Shown piece by piece: positions 53,301-64,000 of a stretch of DNA of 64,000 nt. Numbering within the stretch: position 1 is the stretch's first letter; each line of letters begins with the position of its first letter. Location of the stretch: contig OZ024741.1 in NCBI GenBank assembly GCA_964016885.1, forward strand, positions 404,860,001-404,924,000, written 5' to 3'. Origin of the DNA: Eledone cirrhosa (Eukaryota). A program made the position numbers and the translations under genes. A model generated the notes under the pieces. It did not search any database. It was not told the origin of the DNA and saw only the letters and a list, made by a program, of their open reading frames with translations.

Positions 53301-56300
53301 TCCACTAGTCTGGTATATATGGTATACCAATCCTTGACACCAAATATTAAATATATCCAAAACTATTGTCACCATTGCTGATGGCACTGGTCCACTAGTC
53401 CTGGTATATATGGTATACCAATCCTGGACACCAAATATTAAATATATCTAACACTATTGTCACCATTGCTGACGGCACTGGTCCACCAGTCCTGGTATGT
53501 ATGATATACCAATCCTGGACGCCAAATATTTATTTTATCCAACAGATTTGTCTCCATTACTGCCGACACTGGTCCACCAGTCCTGGTATATATGGTATAC
53601 CAATCCTGGACATCAACTATTAAATATATCCAACATTAATGTCACCATTATTGACGACACTGGTCCACAAGTCCTGGTATATATGGTATACCAATCCTGC
53701 ACACCAAATATTAAATATATCCAACAATAATGTCACCATTACTGACGACACTGGTCCACTAGACCTGGTTTATATTGTATACCAATCCTTGACACCAAAT
53801 ATTAAATATATCAAACAATAATGTCACAATTACTGACGACACTGGTCCACCAGTCTTGGTATATATGGTATACCAATCCTGGACACGTAATTTTCAATAT
53901 ATCCAACAATATTTTCACCATTACTGACGACACTGGTCCACTAGACCTGGTATATATGATATACCAATCCTGGACACCAAATAATAAATATATCCAACGC
54001 TATTGTCACCATTACTGACGACACTGGTCCACTAGTCCTGGTATATATGATATACCAATCCTGGACACCAAATATTAAATATATCCAAAACTATTGTCAC
54101 CATTAGTGACGGAACTGGTCCACCAGTTCTGGTATATATGGTATAGCAATCCTGGACACCAAATATTTAATATATCCAACACTATTGTCAGCATTACTGA
54201 CGAAACTGGTCCACCGGTCCTGGTATATATGGTATACCAATCCTTGACTCCAAATATTAAATATATCAAACAATAATGTCACAATTATTAACGACACTGG
54301 TCCACCACTGCTGGTATATATGGTATACCAATCCTGGACACCAAATATTAAATATATCCAACACTAATGTCACCATTACTGACGACACTGGTCCAACAGT
54401 CCTGGTATATATGGAATCCCAATCCTGGTCACCAATTATTAAATATATCCAACACTGTTGTCACAATTACTGACAACACTGGTCCGCCAGTCCTAGTATA
54501 TATGGTTTACAAATCCTGGACACCAAATATTTAATATATCCAACACTCTTGTCAACATTACTGACGACACTGGTCCACCAGTCCTGGTATATATGGTATA
54601 CCATTCCTGGACACCAAATATTAAATATATCCAACAATATTGTCACCATTACTGACAACACTGGTCCACCAGTCCTGGTATATATGGTATCCCAATCTGG
54701 GACACTAAATATTAAATATATCCAACGCTATTGTCACCATTACTGACGACACTGGTCCACTAGTCCTGGTATATATGGTATACCAATCCTGGACACCAAA
54801 TATTAAATATATCTAACACTATTGTCACCATTACTGACGGCACTGGTCCACCAGTCCTGGTATATATGATATACCAATCCTGGATACCAACTATTAAATA
54901 TATACAACACTATTGTCACCATTACTGACGCCACTGGTCCACTAGACCTGGTATATATGGTATACCAATCCTGGACACCAAATATTTAATATATCCAACG
55001 CTATTGTCACCATTAATGACGACACTGGTCCACTATTCCTAGTATATATGGTATACCAGTCCTGGACACCAAATATTAAATATATCCAACCCTCTTGTCA
55101 CCATTATTGAGGAAACTGGTCCACCAGTCTTGGTATATGTGGTATACCAATCCTGGACACCTAATTTTAAATATATCCAACACTATTGTCACCATTACTG
55201 ACGACACTGGTCCACTAGTCCTGGTATATATGATATACCAATCCTGGACACCAAATATTAAATATATCCAACACTATTGTCACCATTACTGACGGAACTG
55301 GTCCACCAGTTCTGGTATAAATGTTATACCAATCCTGGACACGAAATATTTAATTTATCCAACACTATTGTCAACATTACTGACGACACTGGTCCACTAA
55401 TCCTGGTATATTTGGTATACCAATCCTGGACACAAAATATTAAATATATTCAACAATAATGTCAAAATTACTGACGACACTGGTCCACCAGTCCTCGTAT
55501 ATATGGTATACCAATCCTGGACACCAAATATTAAATATATCCAACACTATTGTCACAATTACTGACGACACTGGTCCGCCAGTCCTGGTGTATATGGTAT
55601 ACCAATCCTGGACACCAAATATTAAATATATCCAAAAATAATGTCACCATTACTGACGACACTGGTCCACCAGTGCTGGTATATATGGTATCCCAATCCT
55701 GGCCACCAAATATTTAATATATCCAACACTATTGTCAACATTACTGACGACACTGATCCACCGTTCCTGGTATATATGATATACCAATCCTGGACACCAA
55801 ATATTTAATATATCCAACACAATTGTCTCCATTACTGCCGACACTGGTCCACTAGACCTGGAATATATGGTATACGAATCCTGGATACCAACTATTAAAT
55901 ATATACAACACTATTGTCACCATTGCTGATGGCACTGGTCCACTAGTCCTGGTATATATGGTATAACAATCCTAGACACGAAGTATATAATATATCCAAC
56001 AATATTGTCACCATTACTGACGACACTGGTCCACTAGTCCTGGTATATATGGTATACCAATCCTGGCCACCAAATATTAAATATATCCAACAATAATGTC
56101 ACAATTACTGACGACACTCGTCCACCCGTCCTGGTATATATGGTATACCAATCCTGGACACCAAATATAAAATATTTCCAAAGTATTGTCAACATTACTG
56201 ACGACACTGGTCCACCAATCCTGGTATATATGGTATACCAATCCTGGACACCAAATATTAAATATATCCAACACTATTGTCACCATTACTGACAACACTG

Positions 56301-59300
56301 GTCCACCAGTCCTGGTATATATGGTATCCCAATCCGGGACACTAAATATTAAATATATCCAACGCTATTGTCACCATTACTGACGACAATGGTCCACTAG
56401 ACCTGGTATATATGGTATACCAATCCTGGACACCAAATATTAAATATATCCAAACCTATTGTCACCATTACTGACGACACTGGTCCACTAGTCCTGGTAT
56501 ATATGGTATACCAATCCTGGACACCAAATATTAAATATATCCAACATTAATGTCACCATTATTGACGACACTGGTCCACCAGTCCTGGTATATATGGTAT
56601 ACCAATCCTGCACACCAAATATTGAATATATCCAACAATAATGTCCCCATTACTGACGACACAGGTCCACTACACCTGGTTTATACTGTATACCAATCCT
56701 TGACACCAAATATTAAATATATCAAACAATAATGTCACAATTATTAACGACACTGGTCCACCAGTCCTGGTATATATGGTATACCAATCCTGGACACCAA
56801 ATATTAAATATATCCAACACTATTGTCACCATTACTGACGACGCTGGTCCACCAGTCCTGGTATATATGGTATACCAATCCTGGACACCAAATATTAAAT
56901 ATATCCAACACTATTGTCACCATTACTGACAACACTGGTCCACCACTCCTGGTATATATGGTATCCCAATCTGGGACACTAAATATTAAATATATCCAAC
57001 GCTATTGTCACCATTACTGACGTCACTGGTCCACCAGTCCTGGTATATATGATATACCAATCCTGGACACCAAATATTTAATTTATCCAACACAATTGTC
57101 TCTATTACTGCCGACACTGGTCCACCAGTCCTGGTATATATGTTATACCAATCCTGGACATCAACTATTAAATATATCCAAAATTATTGTCACCATTACT
57201 GAAGACACTGGTGCACTAGTCCTGGTGGTATATATGGTATACCAATCCTGGACACCAAATATTAAATATATCCAACACTAATGTCACCATTATTGACGAC
57301 ACTGGTCCACCAGTCCTGGTATATATGGTATACCAATCCTGCACACCAAATATTAAATATATCCAACAATAATGTCAACATTACTGACGACACTGGTCCA
57401 CTAGACCTGGTTTATATTGTATACCAATCCTTGACACCAAATATTAAATATATCAAACAATAATGTCACAATTACTGACGGCACTGGTCCACCAGTCTTG
57501 GTATATATGGTATACCAATCCTGGACAACTAATTTTAAATATATCCAACACTATTGTCACCATTACTGACGACACTGGTCCACTAGTCCTGGTATATATT
57601 ATATACCAATCCTGGACACCAAATATTAAATATATCCAACGCTATTGTCACCATTACTGACGACACTGGTCCACCAGTCTTGGTATATATTATATACCAA
57701 TCCTTGACACCAAATATTAAATATATCAAACAATAATGTCACAATTATTAACGACACTGGTTCACCAGTCCTGGTATATATGGTATACCAATCCTGGACA
57801 CCAAATATTAAATATATCCAACACTAATGTCACCATTATTGACGACACCGGTCCACCAGTCCTGGTATATATGGTATCCCAATCTGGGACACTAAATATT
57901 AAATATATCCAACGCTATTGTCACCATTACTGACGACACTGGTCCACTAGTCCTGGTATATATGGTATACCAATCCTTGACACCAAATATTAAATATATC
58001 CAAAACTATTGTCACCATTGCTGATGGCACTGGTCCTCTAGTCCTGGTATATATGGTATACCAATCCTGGACACCAAATATTAAATATATCTAACACTAT
58101 TGTCACCATTACTGACGGCACTGGTCCACCAGTCCTGGTATGTATGATATACCAATCCTGGACGCCAAATATTTAATTTATCCAACAGATTTGTCTCCAT
58201 TACTGCCGACACTGGTCCACCAGTCCTGGTATATATGGTATACCAATCCTGGACATCAACTATTAAATATATCCAACATTAATGTCACCATTATTGACGA
58301 CACTGGTCCACCAGTCCTGGTATATATGGTATACCAATCCTGAACACCAAATATTAAATATATCCAACAATAATGTCACCATTACTGACGACACTGGTCC
58401 ACTAGACCTGGTTTATATTGTATACCAATCCTTGACACCAAATATTAAATATATCAAACAATAATGTCACAATTACTGACGACACTGGTCCGCCAGTCTT
58501 GGTATATATGGTATACCAATCCTGGACACCAAATATTAAATATATCCAACAATATTGTCACCATTACTGACGACACTGGTCCGCCAGTCCTGGTATATAT
58601 TGTATACCAATCCTGGACACCAACTATTAAATATATACAACACTATTGTCAACATTACTGACGACACTGGTCCACCAGTCCTGGTATATATGGTATCCCA
58701 ATCCGGGACACTAAATATTAAATATATCCAACGCTATTGTCAACATTACTGACGACACTGGTCCACTAGACATGGTATATATGGTATACCAATCCTGGAC
58801 ACCAAATATTAAATATATCCAAAACTATTGTCACCATTACGGACGACACTGGTCCACTAGTCCTGGTATATATGGTATACCAATCCTGGACACCAAATAT
58901 TAAATATATCCAAAATTAATGTCACCATTATTGACGACACTGGTCCACCAGTCCTGGTATATATTGAATCCCAATCCTGGTCACCAAATATTAAATATAT
59001 CCAACGCTATTGTCTCGGTTACTGACGGCACTGGTCCACCAGTCCTGGTATATATGGTATACCAATCCTGGACACCAAATATTAAATATATCCAACACTA
59101 TTGTCACAATTACTGACGACACTGGTCCGCCAGGCCTGGTATATATGGTATACCAATCCTGGACACCAAATATTAAATATATCCAACAATAATGTCACCA
59201 TTACTGACGACACTGGTCCACCAGTCCTGGCATATATGGTATACCAATCCTGGACACCAAATATTAAATATATCTAACACTATTGTCACCATTACTGACA

Positions 59301-62300
59301 ACACCTATCCACCAGTCCTGGTATATATGGTATCCCAATCTGGGACACTAAATAGTAAATATATCCAACAATAATGTCACCATTACTGAAGGCACTGGTC
59401 CACCAGTCCTGGTATATATGATATACCAATCCTGGACAACAAATATTTAATTTATCCAACACAATTGTCTCTATTACTGCCGACACTGGTCCACCAGTCC
59501 GTGTATATATGGTATACCAATCCTGGACATCGACTATTAAATATATCCAAAATTATTGTCACCATTACTGACAACACTGGTGCACTAGTCCTGGTATATA
59601 TGGTATACCAATCCTGGACACCAAATATTAAATATATCCAACAATAATGTCAACATTACTGACGACACTGGACCACTAGACCTGGTTTATATTGTATACC
59701 AATCCTTGACACCAAATATTAAATATATCAAACAATAATGTCACAATTACTGACGACACTGGCCAACCAGTCTTGGTATATATGGTATACCAATCCTGGA
59801 CAACTAATTTTAAATATATCCAACACTATTGTTACCATTACTGACAACACTGGTCCACTAGTCCTAGTATATATTATATACCAATCCTGGACACCAAATA
59901 TTAAATATATCCAACGCTATTGTCACCATTACTGACGACACTGGTCCACCAGTCCTGGTATATATGATATACCAATCCTTGACACCAAATATTAAATATA
60001 TCAAACAATAATGTCACAATTATTAACGACACTGGTCCACCAGTGCTGGTATATATGGTATACCAATCCTGGACACCAAATATTAAATATATCCAACACT
60101 AATGTCACCATTATTGACGACACTGGTCCACCAATCCTGGTATATATGGTATCCCAATCTGGGACAATAAATGTTAAATATATCTAACGCTATTGTCACC
60201 ATTACTGACGACACTGGTCCACTAGTCCTGGTATATATGGTATACCAATCCTGGACACAAAATATTAAATATATCCAATACTATTTTCACCATTGCTGAT
60301 GTCACTGGTCCACTAGTCCTGGTATATATGATATACCAGTCCTGGACACCAAATATTAAATATATCCAAGACTATTGTCACCATTACTGACGGCACTGTT
60401 CCACCAATTCTGGTATATATGGTATACCAATCCTGGACACCAAATATTTAATTCATCCAACACAATTGTCAACATTACTGCCGACACTGGTCCACCAGTC
60501 CTGGTATATATGGTATACCAATCCTGGACATCAACTATTAAATATATCCAAAATTATTATCACAATTACTGACGACACTGGTGCACTAGTCCTGGTATAT
60601 ATGGTATTCCAATCCTGGAAACCAAATATTAAATATATCCAACATTAATGTCACCATTATTGACGACACTGGTCCACCAGTCTTGGTATATATGGTATAC
60701 CAATCCTGGACACTAAATATTAAATATATCCAACGCTATTGTCACCATTACTGACGTCGCTGGTCCACCAGTCCTGGTATATATGATATACCAATCCTGG
60801 ACACCAAATATTTAATTTATCCAACACAATTGTCTCTATTACTGCCGACACTGGTCCACCAGTCCTGGTATATATGTTATACCAATCCTGGACATCAACT
60901 ATTAAATATATCCAAAATTATTGTCAACATTACTGAAGACACTGGTGCACTAGTCCTGTTGGTATATATGGTATACCAATCCTGGACACCAAATATTAAA
61001 TATATCCAACACTAATGTCACCATTATTGACGACACTGGTCCACCAGTCCTGGTATATATGGTATACCAATCCTGCACACCAAATATTAAATATATCCAA
61101 CAATAATGTCAACATTACTGACGACACTGGTCCACTAGACCTGGTTTATATTGTATACCAATCCTTGACACCAAATATTAAATATATCAAACAATAATGT
61201 CACAATTACTGACGACACTGGTCCACCAGTCTTGGTATATATGGTATACCAATCCTGGACAACTAATTTTAAATATATCCAACACTATTGTCACCATTAC
61301 TGACGACACTGGTCCACTAGTCCTGGTATATATTATATACCAATCCTGGACACCAAATATTAAATATATCCAACGCTATTGTCACCATTACTGACGACAC
61401 TGGTCCACCAGTCTTGGTATATATTATATACCAATCCTTGACACCAAATATTAAATATATCAAACAATAATGTCACAATTATTAACGACACTGGTTCACC
61501 AGTCCTGGTATATATGGTATACCAATCCTGGACACCAAATATTAAATATATCCAACACTAATGTCACCATTATTGACGACACCGGTCCACCAGTCCTGGT
61601 ATATATGGTATCCCAATCTGGGACACTAAATATTAAATATATCCAACGCTATTGTCACCATTACTGACGTCACTGGTCCACCAGTCCTGGTATATATGAT
61701 ATACCAATCCTGGACACCAAATATTTAATTTATCCAACACAATTGTCTCTATTACTGCCGACACTGGTCCACCAGTCCTGGTATATATGTTATACCAATC
61801 CTGGATATCAACTATTAACTATATCCAAAATTATTGTCACCATTACTGAAGACACTGGTGCACTAGTCCTGGTGGTATATATGGTATCCCAATCTGGGAC
61901 ACTAAATATTAAATATATCCAACGCTATTGTCACCATTACTGACGACACTGGTCCACTAGTCCTGGTATATATGGTATACCAATCCTTGACACCAAATAT
62001 TAAATATATCCAAAACTATTGTCACCATTGCTGATGGCACTGGTCCACTAGTCCTGGTATATATGGTATACCAATCCTGGACACCAAATATTAAATATAT
62101 CTAACACTATTGTCACCATTACTGACGGCACTGGTCCACCAGTCCTGGTATGTATGATATACCAATCCTGGACGCCAAATATTTAATTTATCCAACAGAT
62201 TTGTCTCCATTACTGCCGAGACTGGTCCACCAGTCCTGGTATATATGGTATACCAATCCTGGACATCAACTATTAAATATATCCAACATTAATGTCACCA

Positions 62301-64000
62301 TTATTGACGACACTGGTCCACCAGTCCTGGTATATATGGTATACCAATCCTGAACACCAAATATTAAATATATCCAACAATAATGTCACCATTACTGACG
62401 ACACTGGTCCACTAGACCTGGTTTATATTGTATACCAATCCTTGACACCAAATATTAAATATATCAAACAATAATGTCACAATTACTGACGACACTGGTC
62501 CGCCAGTCTTGGTATATATGGTATACCAATCCTGGACACCAAATATTAAATATATCCAACAATATTGTCACCATTACTGACGACACTGGTCCGCCAGTCC
62601 TGGTATATATTGTATACCAATCCTGGACACCAACTATTAAATATATACAACACTATTGTCAACATTACTGACGACACTGGTCCACCAGTCCTGGTATATA
62701 TGGTATCCCAATCCTGGACACCAAATATTAAATATATCCAACGCTATTGTCAACATTACTGACGAAACTGGTCCACTAGACATGGTATATATGGTATACC
62801 AATCCTGGACACCAAATATTAAATATATCCAAAACTATTGTCACCATTACGGACGACACTGGTCCACTAGTCCTGGTATATATGGTATACCAATCCTGGA
62901 CACCAAATATTAAATATATCCAAAATTAATGTCACCATTATTGACGACACTGGTCCACCAGTCCTGGTATATATTGAATCCCAATCCTGGTCACCAAATA
63001 TTAAATATATCCAACGCTATTGTCTCGGTTACTGACGGCACTGGTCCACCAGTCCTGGTATATATGGTATACCAATCCTGGACACCAAATATTAAATATA
63101 TCCAACACTATTGTCACAATTACTGACGACACTGGTCCGCCAGGCCTGGTATATATGGTATACCAATCCTGGACACCAAATATTAAATATATCCAACAAT
63201 AATGTCACCATTACTGACGACACTGGTCCACCAGTCCTGGCATATATGGTATACCAATCCTGGACACCAAATATTAAATATATCGAACACTATTGTCACC
63301 ATTACTGACAACACTGGTCCACCAGTCCTGGTATATATGGTATCCCAATCTGGGACACTAAATAGTAAATATATCCAACAATAATGTCACCATTACTGAA
63401 GGCACTGGTCCACCAGTCCTGGTATATATGATATACCAATCCTGGACAACAAATATTTAATTTATCCAACACAATTGTCTCTATTACTGCCGACACTGGT
63501 CCACCAGTCCGTGTATATATGGTATACCAATCCTGGACATCAACTATTAAATATATCCAAAATTATTGTCACCATTACTGACAACACTGGTGCACTAGTC
63601 CTGGTATATATGGTATACCAATCCTGGACACCAAATATTAAATATATCCAACAATAATGTCAACATTACTGACGACACTGGACCACTAGACCTGGTTTAT
63701 ATTGTATACCAATCCTTGACACCAAATATTAAATATATCAAACAATAATGTCACAATTACTGACGACACTGGTCCACCAGTCTTGGTATATATGGTATAC
63801 CAATCCTGGACAACTAATTTTAAATATATCCAACACTATTGTTACCATTACTGACAACACTGGTCCACTAGTCCTAGTATATATTATATACCAATCCTGG
63901 ACACCAAATATTAAATATATCCAACGCTATTGTCACCATTACTGACGACACTGGTCCACCAGTCCTGGTATATATGGTATACCAATCCTGGACATCAACT
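29338..64000. repeat. 91-bp satellite DNA array (~380 monomers, runs off the window end)
   Basis: Consensus tccaccagtcctggtatatatggtataccaatcctggacaccaaatattaaatatatccaacactattgtcaccattactgacgacactgg; ORF-track starts recur at multiples of 91. Confidence 0.98.

Noticed and set aside
29289-63945. Hundreds of 60-176 aa ORFs (MSPLLTTLVHQSWYIW...)
   Set aside because: They are translations of a 91-bp repeat (not a multiple of 3) with recurring stops; no coding signal.
29338-64000. CRISPR-like array
   Set aside because: Contiguous tandem monomers with no unique spacers, no cas genes, eukaryotic context.

Overview
AT-rich, microsatellite-dense eukaryotic (animal) DNA with no supportable host gene. 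The SINE types and repeat landscape suggest a cephalopod such as octopus (inference). Bases 1-29.3 kb are a mosaic of mobile elements: one near full-length but frameshifted L1/Tx1-clade retrotransposon (14551-19995, minus) sitting in (AAT)n, RTE LINE 3' fragments, two tRNA-derived SINE families, mariner-type MITEs, a Tc1/mariner remnant and a non-autonomous Helitron. Bases 29338-64000 are an array of about 380 copies of a 91-bp satellite with multi-kb internal block duplications. The most notable signal is a set of about ten type I hammerhead-ribozyme (HHR)-like motifs, found by eye, in the first 29 kb. They lie in several unrelated, ORF-less elements that end in (TA)n/(TG)n tracts and often carry fold-back (inverted) duplications, which resembles non-autonomous Penelope-like or retrozyme-like elements. 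The satellite monomer also carries a CTGACGA + hairpin motif and may be a decayed HHR unit (speculative). All structures were read by eye; nothing was computed or searched.
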